DNA from: Eledone cirrhosa
Taxonomy: Eukaryota
Assembly: GCA_964016885.1 (NCBI GenBank)
Contig: OZ024740.1
Location: 396,490,001 to 396,554,000, forward strand
Length of the DNA stretch: 64,000 bases
Direction of reading: 5' to 3'
Positions 25,934 to 39,330 of this stretch are shown here, one piece after another; position 1 is the stretch's first letter; each line of letters begins with the position of its first letter. The position numbers were made by a program, and so were the translations under genes. The notes beneath the pieces were generated by a model. That model saw nothing but the letters and a program-made list of their open reading frames with translations. It was not told where the DNA came from and did not search any database.

Positions 25934-27378
25934 ATCATCATCATCATCGTTTTACATCCGTTCTTCCACGCTAGCATGGGTTAGACGAGTTGTCTTGCTC
26001 ATACAGGAACTGATTCTGGCTTGATTTCTACAGCTGGATGCCCTTCCTAACACCAACCTCATTTACAGTGAGTGCTGAGTACTTTTTTCCGTGGCGCCTA
26101 CACGTCCACTTTACAGTGTGGGCTGGGTGCTTTTTTGCCATGGCACCTCCATGACCACTTTGCAGTGGGAGGATGTGGGGGCATATTGTCTATATGCTTC
26201 ATCTTCGGCTTGTACCCGTGGGGGGTTGGGTCTTCTGTATTACTGCGTGACGCCAGAGGTCATGGTCGTGTGTCATTGCACTTGAGAGGTGCAATTGGGT
26301 AAGGTCGGCCTTTATCACTTCATCCTAGGTCTTCTTGGGTCTCCCCACTCCGCGGCTTCCATTGACTTCTAGTGCTCTGCACCTTTTTATGCAGCTGTCA
26401 TCCTTCATACGCATCACATGTCCATACCAACGTAACCTCCTCTCCTGCACACAGCATTTGATTCCTCTTATGCTCAGTCTCTCTCTCAATTCGTTTATAC
26501 TTTGCCATTCGCGTATATTACTATTACACATCCATCGGAGCATGCAGGCTTCGTTTCTTTCTAATCTATGCAAGTCTTCTACAGACAGCGCCCACGTCTC
26601 ACTACCATGTAACATCGCTGTTCGTATACATGCATCATACAGTCTGCCTTTCATTTTGAGGGAAAAGCCTTTTGCAGCTAGCAGTGGCAGTAGCTCCCTG
26701 AACTTCTTCCATCCCGTTCTTACCCTTGTTATTGTACTTTCTGAACATCCACCTCCGCTGCTAATTCTGTCACCTAGGTAGCAGAAGCTGTCTACTGTTT
26801 CTACAGAGCCCTCCCAGAGATTGGTGGTGCTTGTTTCTTGTGGCTGTTTGGTGCTTGCTATCCCAGTGCAGCTGCTACATGTGAAGCCTACATTCTTAGT
26901 TAAGTTTACAGAGATCCCACTACATCTCTTGTGTACCCTTTGTTTGCATTTGGGGCAGAGGATGGAGTTCCTACTTACACCTTTCCTACATACTGAGCAA
27001 GGCCATTTCCCTGAGGAGATCTGGGTTCTGTTTTCTTGTCTACTTACAAGGACCTTAGTCTTTGTCAGGTTGACTTTGAGACCCTTTCTAGTCCCTGCTT
27101 CCATGTTTGGAATTTGTTCTCTAGTTCTACCATAGATTCAGCTATAAGTGCGAGGGTATCTGCATACAGGAGTTCCCATGGGCATCCGGTCTTAAACTCC
27201 TCCGTTATTGCCTGTAAAACTATGATGAACAGGAGAGGGCTAAGAACAGAGCCCTGGTGGACACCAACCTGTAGGCTAAATTCCTCGCTATACTCATTGC
27301 TAATCCTAACTTTGCTGACTGCTCCCCTATACATGGCTTGTACAGCTTTCACAAGCCATTCATCTACTCCTAGTTTCC
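25934..27378 (-). mobile_element. RTE family A, 5'-truncated
   Basis: ORFs 27065-27352 and 26325-27104, (CAT)n at the left end, (TA)n at the 5' junction. Confidence 0.94.
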
Positions 27379-27384
27379 TATATA

Positions 27385-27450
<66 letters not shown>

Positions 27451-27458
27451 ATTAAATA

Positions 27459-27920
27459 ACAATATTAAATAAATGGAAAACTATATTTATAAAACCATAT
27501 TTATTTCATTATATATATTTCGGGGATATCATATTAACAATATGCTATGCCTTCATCAGACAAAATACAATATAAACAGTTTTATAGATAAATATATTCG
27601 ACATACCGTAATAAACATCAACTTCATTTGAAGAGGTTTACGCTAGCGTAAACCTCTTCAAATGAAGTTGATGTTTATTACGGTATGTCGAATATATTTA
27701 TCTATAAAACTGTTTATATTGTATTTTGTCTGATGAAGGCATAGCATATTGTTAATATGATATCCCCGAAATATATATAATGAAATAAATATGGTTTTAT
27801 AAATATAGTTTTCCATTTATTTAATATTGTAAATATACTCCAAATATTTGTCGAGTGCTTTTATATCAGTTATAAATATTTACTAGTTGTAACCCAACAA
27901 TTTTAAATATAACTTTACAT
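27459..27920 (+). mobile_element. 372-bp spacerless palindrome (27459-27830) plus tail, hammerheads at 27722-27787 (+) and 27502-27567 (-)
   Basis: Centre cgctagcg at 27641-27648. tattttgt-CTGATGA-agg...cccc-GAAA-TATATA-TA-atgaaata. Confidence 0.85.
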
Positions 27921-28194
27921 GTATATATATATATATATATATATAGTAATAATAATAAATTTGAAGACTAAAATCCAAAGAGGGCTCGATAAGGATAAAT
28001 ATATATAAAATATATAAGAACCGTAGAGCAAATATTTATTAAAATAACAGATTAAAGTTTAAGCAAAGAATCGCTGCTTTCACCCTTAAGAGGATCTTCT
28101 AAAACTAACAAAGTCAATCTGTAAACGCAGAAGTGAATATTTAAAAAAACGTTGCAACCGGAGGAAGACAGGAAGACGATACTTTGGTTCGTGG

Positions 28195-28460
28195 AAACGT
28201 TCCCTGGCAAAGAACGGGAAAAAACGAATATAATACGTCATTATTTGGAGCGGTGAAAACAATTACATGCAAAGACAGAACCACATTTATAGTATAAAAG
28301 AAGTCGTAGACTAATATTCTCTTAGGTGGTTCATAGAGACGTTCTCTGGCAATGAACGGAAAAAATGAAGATAATACGTCATATGTGGAGCGGGGAGGAC
28401 AATTGCACGCAAAGACAAAACCACGTAAATGGTATAACTGAAGTCGTAGACTAAAATCCT
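28195..28460. repeat. ~140-bp imperfect tandem duplication
   Basis: acgttccctggcaaagaacgg...gaagtcgtagactaa is repeated at about 28197 and 28339. Confidence 0.7.
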
Positions 28461-28914
28461 AACTAGGAAACTGAATGATTCTCCGCTTCAGAGTTAAGAA
28501 TAAAGTAAATAAAATACAGAGGTAATTGAAATTAAATAAATACATACACTCATCCAAATACGTACATACACAAGCATACGCGAAAACACTCGCCATAGGT
28601 ATACAAATACACGCACATATAAATATGTGTGTGTGTGTGTGTGTGTATACAAATAATTAAATAAACGTATATAAATAAATAAATACGTATATAACAAGCG
28701 CACACACATACCTACATGTAAATACACAAATGTTCGGAGATGTACGTCAACCAAAACACGAAGTACACATATACACACACCCTACATACGTACGAACCCG
28801 CATACTCAGACAGACGTAAAACTCACGTATACACATAACCAAAAGCATATGTACCAGAATATATAAAATATACGCCATAACATATACAATCAAATATACG
28901 TAGGAAAATTTATG

Positions 28915-29010
28915 ACCCCAATGGCAGATCTCAAGCCGTTTCGACGGCTATTTCTGGACTAAATTAGAATTTTTAGCCTGGTAAATAAATAGCCGAACTT
29001 TTCAAGGGGT
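28915..29010 (-). ncRNA. Decayed hammerhead, U3-A8 core
   Basis: Minus strand: acccc-TTGAAAA-gttcggctattt...aaatagccgtc-GAAA-cggc(ttgagatct)gcca-tt-ggggt. Confidence 0.6.
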
Positions 29011-29279
29011 ACTTCCTTATATGGGAAGATTGTAGTTGTCAAGAGGATTGGTCAAAATTTCTTGTAAACACAATTAATCATGGCAGTGGGTGGGAGGTGG
29101 CGGTGGCTGAACTTGCCTGTAGAACAATGAGGGAGCGAGTGGAGCCGGTCAAGCGTTGAAAGTGAAATTTATACAGCAGATTCTAAGGATTGTGTATGAA
29201 ACTAGGTCAGAGGAAGTAGGCGAAAAAGGGTTCTGGAGAAAATAAAGAAGGGATGTTATAGAATAGGTAAATCAATTGA

Positions 29280-30275
29280 TTCATAGTTCGTATTTGTAGG
29301 ATTCATGGAAGAAGTGTCATGGGAGTAGTGAATTCACAAGCAGTCCCCAAAAAACCTGCATGTATATCCCGAACGAGGGGAAAAAACGTCCTGTTTGCCG
29401 CAGATTCTCCAGAAACGACCCAAAGCTGCTAGTTACCGGAACAGACAGCTCTTGGATTTTCACCAGAGCCCCTTTTGCTGGGTTGCGGCCCTAATACCGC
29501 TGGGTGCCAGACCAATCCGCCTTGGGTGGCCCTACCAGGAACCAAAGTTCCTGACGGCATAGCTCTGACACTACCCGTTGCCACCGCCCTGCCACATTGA
29601 GGAGGAGTTGGACTTTAGGTTGGGCTCAACAGTTGTTCCAATGGGACAGGGCGCAGCCGAGGTCAAGCGTCGCATAGGTGCTGCCAGATCCGCTTTTGGG
29701 CGCCTCCAGCGGTGTCTGTGGGACAGAAAAGAGATCACCTTGGCGACCAAAGGGCGAATCTACCAAGCCATTGTTCGCACTATCCTCCTCTGTGAAACAT
29801 GGCCTATGAGGGTAGTCGATCAACGGGGGCTGGAGGTCTTTGACAATGACTGTCTCCGCCGCATTCTTCGCTGCCGACGCGTTGATCGGGTACCTACCAC
29901 CAGTCTTCGTCTTCGCCTGAATCTTCGACCCCTTCCTTCAGTGCTTCTGCAATGGCGCTTGAGATGGTTTGGTCACGCAGCCCGGCGCCCTGAGGGTGAG
30001 CTGATCCGTGATGTTCTCCTCCCACCTCCACTTCCTAGCTGGTGCAAGCGCGTTGGCGGGCAGCTGAAGACCTGGGCAACGACGATCAAGGAGGACCTTT
30101 TGAACTCTCAGGTCCGCAGGTGGTCGACCTGCGCCGATGGAACTGTGACTGGCTCGCTATCTCCAGTGACCTAGCCCGGGACCGTCGTGCGTGGGCTGCC
30201 ATGGTTCGGGATGCCGTCAGGACAAGGGAAGAAGCTGGCTCAACCCATCCAGGGTGAATGTCGATACAAGTACAC
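29280..30275 (+). mobile_element. Unrelated RTE-clade LINE, internally deleted, 14-bp TSD
   Basis: RRIGAARSAF, IYQAIVRTILL, RLRWFGH, GGQLKTW. GGTAAATCAATTGA occurs at 29266-29279 and 30276-30289. Confidence 0.88.
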
Positions 30276-30834
30276 GGTAAATCAATTGAGATTAGGAGAT
30301 AATAAAAAAATAAGAGAAAAATATATAAAAATATAAAATTGGATAGTAAGAAGTGATAAAACAAACTGTAGAATCTAAAACAGCTGCTATATTTAGTTGG
30401 TGTTGCTTTCTCGGCCAATGCTATAGAATAGGTTAATAAGTTGAGAATAGAAGATACTAAATAATAATTTTTGAAATTATAGAATTGGGTAATAAAAAGT
30501 AATACAAAATCTCTGGGGTCTAACACAGCTGCTATAATTAGTTTGTATTGCGTTTTCGGCCAATGCTATCTTTAATTTACTGGGGTGGGGGTACTGATGC
30601 TACAGAGGCCTGATGAGCTGCCTCGGGTAGGCGAAAGGGGGAAAAAGGAAGAGGAAGAAGATCGGGAGTGGAAGGAAGTGATAGGAGGAGACAAGGGGAA
30701 GAAAACAGAAAGGAAAAGAAAAGAGGTACATCTACCTATGTAAGCTGGTGTTTCCCCTATCTTATTCGGCAAGTGGGATGTTTCAGCCATTGTCTACCCA
30801 TCCGGGTCATTAGGGGGTTTGAGGGCGAGGTAAG

Positions 30835-31200
30835 TCCTACGCAATCAGTGTTTACATGCAGTTACCAGTTCATCTTTTTTATTTAGGAGTTGGTCCTTCG
30901 TAAACAGCATTTGTAATGTTTCCTCCGAGCATAAGTTACACAGACGGCGTCCTCCCGTGTAGGAGTTAGCCCTGGACAGTAAGCTCCAAGTAAGATTGTG
31001 TGTTATGTTATTATCTTGGAGGTCCCAGATGTGGTCCGAAAGTGTAGTGGCATGTCGCTGGGCTGGGTTTCAGAACGTATGTCGGTGTTGGTAGAGCTGG
31101 GTCTTAAAGTCACAAGCGGTTAATCCTATATAGGCTTTGTTGGAGGTGTCCGTCCTCACGTTGCACTGGTAGATCACGTTGCGTTCTCGGCATCGAGATG
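30835..31200 (-). mobile_element. Penelope-like GIY-YIG endonuclease fragment
   Basis: Minus strand: CRERNVIYQCNV...YIGLTACDFK..H..TTLSDHIWDL...CNLCSEE..LLNKKDELVTACKH, with stops. Confidence 0.85.
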
Positions 31201-31234
31201 GGGGTTTGTGGGTGGGTTTTTACATGATTTAAAG

Positions 31235-34200
31235 CCATGATGAATATGACCATGAATATCAAGTTTACCAAACATAGAAGTAATGAGCTGCAGAACAACA
31301 TGAAAGCACTACTCTGAAGACTGCAAGATACCAATGGGATTGTTGTGAAAGCTGATAAGACCTCTAACGTGTATACCATGAATATCGATACATACAACAG
31401 CTTCATACGCAAAGAACTACATAAGAAATATAGAAAAACGAGTGAAACTACACTAACGAACATTAACAACGAAGCATATAAAGTAGTGAAGAATCTCAAG
31501 ATAGACGATAGAACCGAGCCGATTATACCCGCAACCCCTACCTTTAACCTGAAGGACCATAAGGTAAATTTTGACTCTAACCCTAAGATTAGACTTATAT
31601 GCCCTTCTAAATTAGACGTAGGAAAAATTAGCAAACATATACTTGACAGGGTAATAACTCAATTGAAAAAGAAAATAGAAATTAAATTATGGGGCAACAC
31701 TGGTGATTCGCTGGTTTAATAACGTTAAGAACAAGAGTAAGTCTAAGTTTATACAATTTAAAATAGACGAATACTACTCTTTAATCTCACCCAGTACTTT
31801 ATGTAAGGCCCTATCGTTTGCCAAGGTCAATTCCGACCTAACGGAGGACGAAATTAATATTATTCTAGAGGCTAGGAAAACTATTATCAAGTTTGATAAC
31901 TGCTACTGGGAACGTAGGGACAGACCCACAAACTTCGACATCACCATGGGCTCTAACGACTCAGCGGAGGTCACGGATCTTGTGGGAATTTACATAGCCC
32001 ACATACTACATGGAAAATTTAATAATCTACAGGGGGGAATATATAGAGATGACGCGCTTTTATTAGTTAATAACTTAAATAACCAAAATCTTGAAAGGCT
32101 ACGGAAAAACATTAGAAAATCTTAGTGAACTGGGTCTAAAAATAACGTACGAATACAATCTTAAAGTGGTAAATTTTCTAGACGTAACTCTTAATTTGAA
32201 TACTGGACTGATACGACCCTTCCACAAGATAAATGAGAACCTTACCTATCATCATCATCATCATCGTTTAACGTCCGTGTTCCACGCTTGCATGGGTTTG
32301 AACGGAGGGTTTTCCCACTTAAGGCAAGAGTGGTTATCTTGCTCGCATAGGACTATCTGGCGGGTTTTCTACAGCTGGATGCCCTTCCTAACACCAACCA
32401 CATTTACAGTGTGGGTCTGGGAGGTTTTTACCGTGTTACCTACACGGCCACATTACAGCGTGAACTGTGTGTTTTTTTGCCGTGACACCTACACGATCTC
32501 ATTTGTTTCGGCCTGGATGGCGCGGCACCAACATAACTTTACATTGAAAGGGGTGGTGTGGATGGAGTGGGGGTGGTGGGACGGGGGTGTATTTTGTTAG
32601 AGATGCCTACTGACTGTAGTAGGTTTTACTTTGTATTTAGGTAAGGCGGGTCTTCTCTATTACTGAGTACCGCCAAAGGTCTCGGTCCAGTGACATTGTC
32701 TTGGAGAGGTGTAAGCGTGTGAGGTCGGAATTTATCAGCTCGTCCCAGGTTTTTCTGGGTCTGCCTATTCCGTGGCTACCGTCTATCTTTATTGCCCTGC
32801 ACTTTGTTATACAGCTATCGTCCTTCATGCGCATCACGTGACCATACCAACATAGCCTTCTCTCGAGTAAACAACATCTGATCCCTCTTATTTCTAATTT
32901 TTTCCTTAGTTCGTTTATGCTTTGCCGTTCACGTATATTACTATTACACATCCAGCGGAGCATGCAAGCTTCGTTTCTCTCTAGTCTGCGTATATCCTCT
33001 GCACACAATGCCCAGGTCTCACTGCCATGCAACATTGCTGTTCGTATGCAGGCATCGTACAACCTGCCTTTCATTTTTAGGGAGAACCCTTTAGCGGCTA
33101 ATAGTGGTATGAGCTCTCTGAACTTTTTCCACCCAGTTCTGACTCTAGCTACTGTACTTTCAGAGCACTCTCCCCCACTGCTGATTTTGTCACCCAGGTA
33201 ACGGAAGCTGTCCACTATTTCTATAGAACCCTCTGCGCAGTTGAAAGAGCTAGTATTTTTGGGGCACTTGCTGCTACTTATTGCCCCAGAACACCGGCCA
33301 CATGTAAAATCTATGTTCTTAGTTAGCTTACCTGTGATCCCACTACATCTTTTATGCACCCAAACTTTGCATTTGGGACACAAAATGGAGTTTCTACCTA
33401 CGCCTTTCCTACACTCTGAGCATGGCCACTTCCCGGAGGAGACCGCCGCCTTATTTTCTTTCTTACAAACTAGAACTTTAGTCTTAGCCAGGTTAATTTT
33501 AAGGCCTTTTGATTCTAGGCCGTGCTTCCATGTTTGGAATTTCTTCTCTAGCTCGGCCATTGATTCAGCTATGAGCGTTAGATCATCTGCGTATAGGAGT
33601 TCCCATGGGCAGCCGGTCTTGAACTCCACTGTTATAGCCTGGAGGGCAATAATAAATAGTAGGGGGCTAAGAACAGAGCCCTGATGAATGCCAACTTTTA
33701 CACTAAACTCTTCACTATATTCGTTGTTAATTCTAACCTTGCTGACTGTTTCTTTATACATGGCTTGTATAGCTCTCACAAGCCATTCATCAACACCTAG
33801 TTTTCTAAGAGCCCACCAGATAATGGAACGGGGGACTCTGTCGAAAGCTTTCTCCAAGTCGACGAAAGCTAAGTATAGGGGTTTACTTTTAGCTAGGTAC
33901 TTCTCCTGTAGTTGTCGTACAATGAAAAGAGCGTCTGTGGTACTTTTTCCTGACACAAACCCGAACTGCATTTCATCTAGATCAATTCGCTCTCTGATTA
34001 GTTGCGCTATTACTTTTTCCGTGACCTTCATGACCTGGTCAATTAATTTAATGCCTCTATAGTTACTCCTATCTAGGGCATCTCCTTTACCCTTATAACA
34101 GTTAACGATGATGCTGCTACGCCAGTCCTTCGGAACAGCCCCATTCTGTATGACTTGGTTGACTATCCGGGTGACCATGGTGTGTCCCACCGTACCAGAT

Positions 34201-36440
34201 GCCTTCAGCATCTCAGCAACTATTTCCGAAGGCCCAGCCGCCTTACCCGTCTACATATCTTTGATTGCCTTACTTATTATACTACCCTCGACTAACACTG
34301 CTGGTCCCTCTATTGGGTCGATGTGGGGGAGACTGTCTTTCTCCCATTTATTCTCCTCATTTAGTAGCCTTTCATAGTGACACTTCCAAGCTACCTTCTT
34401 ATCAGCGTCGGTGATGGCAAGTACGCCGTCATCATTAAGTACACACTTCTCCCCGACAATATCACTGTTTTCCTTGACACATTGCCTAGCAATCCTGAAC
34501 ACCTCACGTTTTTGGTCCTCGCGTTGTAGAACATGCTTGAACTTTCTTTCCTCTGCTTCCCTTCTTGCGAAGTACACTTGTCTCCTAGCTTCCCTCCTGG
34601 CCACTTGATAGTCTTCTCTACTTCCCCCATCCCGCCATACTTTCCAAGCCTGCTTTTTGGCCTTAATTGACCCCTCCACCTTACTGTTCCACCACCATGT
34701 TACTCTCCTCCTGCCAACAGGCCTGCTCCAGCCACAGACTTCGTCTGTCGCCATCAGCAGGTTAGCTTTCAGAAATTCCCACTGTCCCTCTATATTGTCC
34801 GACTCTAAATGCTCTTCCTTACTGTCGAAAGCATCAAGTAATATGCTTTGAAATTTGTTTTTGGCTGTGGGGTCCTTTAGCTTCCATATTTTTCTCCTGA
34901 GGATAGTCCTCTTCTGTTGTCTAGTACGTCTCGTCCTGACTATTAGGTCGCTAATTATCAGTCTATGTTGGGAGGTGCATTCTTCATGGGGGAGGGATTT
35001 AGTGTTTACAACAGACACTCTGTCACGTCTTCTGGTAAGGATATAATCTACCTGGCTTGTGTGTTCCCCGGATCTATAGGTGATCAAGTGATTGTCTCGT
35101 TTTTTGAAATTCGTGTTGCAGATAGTTAGGTTATTTGCGTCACAGAATTCCAGGATTCTGGAGCCTTCCTCATTTCTAGTACCAAACCCATAGCCTCCAT
35201 GGATTTCATCGTAGCCGTCACAATGTTGTCCAACGTGACCGTTTAGGTCGCCTGCAATAATTATATAGTCACTGTCGGTTATTTGGGAGGTAGTGAGCAT
35301 CAGTGTCTCATATAATCTGTCTTTTATAGTGCTGGGCAGTCCGGATTGGGGTCTATATTAATTTTAATTCGAATCACCCACTTTTCATGATCAAATCGGT
35401 TGCCCATAGTATTTCTCTCAGGATCTCTCGCCTATCGTCTAACTCTGAGATTTTCAGTGAACATGCTGAATACTATAATAACGCATTAAGGAATGCAGAC
35501 CACCGGGATAAAATAGAATACATTGATAAGAATCTCCATAACACACATAGCTACACACGAAATCAAAGAATATGTAACCGTTGTACAGAAATACACGCGC
35601 ACACACGCAGTACCAACAGACATACTAATAATAGAAAATCATCACCAAACTCAAATAAATTAGAAAGTATATCTGGTATAATCCCATTTTTAATGCTTCG
35701 ATTAGTACAAAACCATCTCTTTCATTCTTTAAGTTAATTAACAAGCATTTCCCTAATTCCCATAAATACAGTAAGATTCTAAACTCTAAGACTATTAAGC
35801 TATCATACTCCACTGCACTAAACCTTGAAGCATACATGAAAAAAACTTAACTTAAAGCAATTAAACAACACTACAAAACAAAATATTTTAATAACAGATG
35901 AACATAACGTAATATCGGCCTCCCAACCACCAAATGGGAGACAGGTATTACACAACCCACCTGAACTGTTATCCCAACCTATCCATGGTATACCTGCTAC
36001 CCACAACAAAAACTGCAACTGTCACCTACCCGAAAGATGCCCATTGAAGAATAAATGCCTAGAGTCCAACATTGTTTCTCAATGCACTATCGAATCGAAC
36101 GACCAGAAATGGTATTACATTGGGTCTACTACTACCTCCTTTAAATCTCGCTGGTATCGTCATCGATTTTCGATTAAACATCCTAAACACCGTCTTGTGA
36201 CTACGCTCGCCAATAAGACCTGGCAACTCTGAGAATGCAACCGGCAGTTCACCTTGAAATGGGATAAATTATCCAGCGCTAGTGCATATCGGAGTGCATT
36301 GAACTATGGCAGATTATGCAACCTTGAACCCTTTTAGATCTTAAAATCCCAAAACAAATTACTAAATGACCGAATCGAACGATCGTTATACTGCAACCAC
36401 AAACTGAAGGCTAAATTCTCTCACTATAAAATAACTTAAC
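31235..36440 (+). mobile_element. Penelope-like element (RT + GIY-YIG), degenerate, split by an RTE insertion at 32250-35352
   Basis: KADKT, LKDHK, RLICPSK, ITMGS, YRDD and FLDVTL, then LTY|INFNSNHP rejoining across the insertion, then CNC..CPL..C...YYIGST. Confidence 0.9.
32250..35352 (-). mobile_element. RTE family B, 5'-truncated within APE, single premature stop
   Basis: ORFs 34251-35300 and 32637-34211 are in the same frame. CTAT is duplicated at 32246-32249 and 35353-35356. Confidence 0.96.
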
Positions 36441-36544
36441 ATTCAACCCGAGACTACAACATCGCTTTCTCGCTAACTAATTCCTCTCAATAACTACTCC
36501 CTAACTATATCCCTCACCCCCACACAACAAGCCAATACCCTGCT

Positions 36545-36733
36545 TGGTGGATTGGCAGTATCAGTAGAGGGTCGGACGCCATGCTTTGCAGCACAGTTAC
36601 GTCCCTTTACAGACTGAGTTCAAGACCCGCCGAGGTTAACTTTGCCTTTCATCCTTAACGGGTCGATAAAATAAAGTACCAGTATTACACTGGAATAATT
36701 GCTGGCCTTGTGCCAAAAGTAGAAACAATTATA
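36545..36733 (+). mobile_element. tRNA-SINE family 1
   Basis: A box tggcagtatcag, B box gagttcaagacc, central domain and gtagaaacaatta tail. Confidence 0.88.
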
Positions 36734-37638
36734 AATGGATACTTGAGTGCGATTTGCAGACTACAACTATGAACTTGATGTATCCTCTTCTCATAGCTTT
36801 CGTCCGTCTCCTCTATCTCTCTTTCTTTCCCTCTCTCTCTCTCTCTTGTCCTTGGTCTACCTCCCTCCCTCTCCACATCTATGAACCTGCTCTCTGTGGC
36901 AATAAATAATTCCAAACTTGACTATATCAACACAATGCCTATGGTTGTCACTTTGAGAGTAAACAGTATAATAAAACCCCTACCACAACATTTTGATTAA
37001 GCTATCTGTATTCTTCAAACCACTCTCTCCCATTTCTCCAACCCCTACATCTCTCTCTCTCTCCTTCTTTCTCTCTTCCCTTTCTACTCTATCTTCTCCA
37101 ATAACTTCCTTTAAGAAATATAAGGGTATTTACATTTTAACCATTCTGTTCCGAGGAAATGGTAGAAGCAGCATTTGAAATTGAGTTTCTGCAAACTAAT
37201 AATTACCAATTTGCACATAGCATGACTAGGCTGTATAACTACTGTTGAAACATTTGTAAGCACTCGGAATAAATTACCTTTTTATGATGTCTACCTGTTA
37301 TTATTCATTCTTTATATATATATATATATGTTTGATATAACTATAAATATGTAGGGTAGTACTAAGTACTAGCCTTATTGACTGTATTGACTCCTGCATT
37401 GTACACCAATTGTCCTTGCTTATAACTTCTTTGCCTGTGTTTTTTTTGCTTGTGATTTTTACTTTTACTTATACCTATTACACTTCCAACCAGTGCTGCC
37501 TGTAATTGTGTTATTTCAAGTGAAACATCTTTTTAACTCCTGACTCTCCACATGATGCCTTTGACACTAATAACAATTATGTACCCTAAATGTTCTAAAT
37601 GACTAGGATTCTAGTTACATGTTTTCGACATTCCTTAT

Positions 37639-37683
37639 GCTCCGATGATTCCAGACTTCCCTCTTGAAGAAACAATTGTCAGC
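37639..37683 (+). ncRNA. Hammerhead-like motif with U4C core mutation
   Basis: gct-CCGATGA-ttccaga(cttccc)tcttgaa-GAAA-CAATTG-TC-agc. Confidence 0.6.
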
Positions 37684-37724
37684 TAATAAATGTTCTAAAC
37701 TAAAATTTGACCGTTTTAACACTT

Positions 37725-37774
<50 letters not shown>

Positions 37775-37776
<2 letters not shown>

Positions 37777-37985
37777 TCCCGAGTTGTGTCGGGAAGGGGG
37801 GTAACCACAGTTAAAAAGGGTACTTAATACATTGGTAGAGTATAGGCATTTTTTTATTTTATATAGAAATGACTTCTACAGGAGTAGAATTGCTTCATTT
37901 GTATGAAATCATCAAGAATCGTCCTGATGATTTCATATGAATGAAACAATTCTAGTCCTTAGAAGTCATTTCTATGTAATATAAA
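37775..37985. mobile_element. Older fold-back cassette (palindrome ~37858-37982) plus tail
   Basis: Imperfect inverted arms containing CTGATGA/tcatcaa. The tail resembles 45228-45295. Confidence 0.55.
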
Positions 37986-38059
37986 TATATATATATATCA
38001 TCATCATTTTATAATTTTATATCCACTTTTCCTTGCTTGCAAGGGTGAGACATATATAT

Positions 38060-39330
38060 TTATAATCATCATTATCATTTTACATATGCTGTTCCATGTT
38101 TGCATGGGTTGGGCAGGTCCTTTTCAGTACTACAGCATCTCTCCACTTATTGTGTTCCTTTGTCATCTCCTCTGTGAGTTTCAGCAACTTAAAATCAGCT
38201 TTGGTCACTGGGATTACTTGGCACTTCTTCATCCATATACATCATATGTCCATCACAATGCAGTGTCTTCTGCACACTACATCTGATTTTTCATATACCC
38301 AGTTTCTCATTTTATCCATGTTTTGTCGTTCTCACACATTAATATTGTACATCTATTGAAATATGCTTACCTCATTTCTCTCCAGCTCTCATGTATTCTC
38401 TCCGTTCACTGCCCATGTCTTACTACCATGCAACATTGCACTTTGCATACTGGTGTCATTCAACCAACCTTTTGTTTGTAAAGAAACCTTTGTTTTCAAC
38501 AGAGGTAGCAGTTCCCTAAGCCTCTTCCATCCTGTCCTTATTCTAGCTACTATGCCTCATCCACTGCCAATTATATCACCTAGGTAGCAGATGCTGTCAA
38601 CCACCTTTATGGATATCCATCCAGAGATTGGAAAAGATGATATTATTTTTTATTTTATTATTATTATTGGTGTCACAATAATAAGCTAACCTCAGCGAGT
38701 TAAAATCCCACCAAGGTTATCTTTGCCTTTCATCCTTATGGGGTCGATAAAATAAAGTACCAGTAATGCACTGGGAGCAATTTAATCGACTTTCCCCTCC
38801 CCCAAAATTGTTGGCCTTGTGCCTAAATCAGAAACCATTACTATTATTGGCACTCTTACTATCAATTGACCCTTAACCCAGTTCTGTTTATCCTAGTCCT
38901 CTAAGCCATAACAAAATCGATTAAGACTAGTTGCCCATGGGAACTTCTGTATGCTGATGATCTGGCCCTCATAGCTAAATCTGTGGAAAACTAGAGAATT
39001 AATTCCAGCTGTGGAAACAATTTAGAATCAAAAGGGCTTAGAGTAAACTTGGCACTGATCTCATCAGGTAAGAGGTCTTGCTTGATATGTATAAAAGGAG
39101 TAGGCAACAACTCTATATGATGTACACAATGCAAAAATGTTGAGTATACAGGAGGTGTAGTGGGATAACAGGCAGACTAACAGAAAAGGAAGCCTTTATA
39201 TGTAGTAGATGCTCTCCTACCTGTACCTTGAATTTCTCATTAAACTCACTTCCTATTTACTCTCACTTTACTTACAGCTCCTCTGTACATGGCTTGCACT
39301 GCTCTTATAAGCCACTCTTCTACATCTGAG
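38060..39330. mobile_element. Old RTE family C fragments in both orientations with a nested SINE (~38690-38845)
   Basis: Minus-strand YLGD/GWKRLRELLPLL remnants at 38400-38600 and plus-strand CPWELLYADDL at 38932-38965. Confidence 0.75.

Noticed and set aside
30609-30640. CTGATGA-gctgcc..ggtaggc-GAAA hammerhead half-core
   Set aside because: No complementary stem I, stem III or cleavage triplet found nearby.
32917-35046. Antisense ORFs over RTE copies
   Set aside because: Shadow frames of the RT ORF with no independent motifs.
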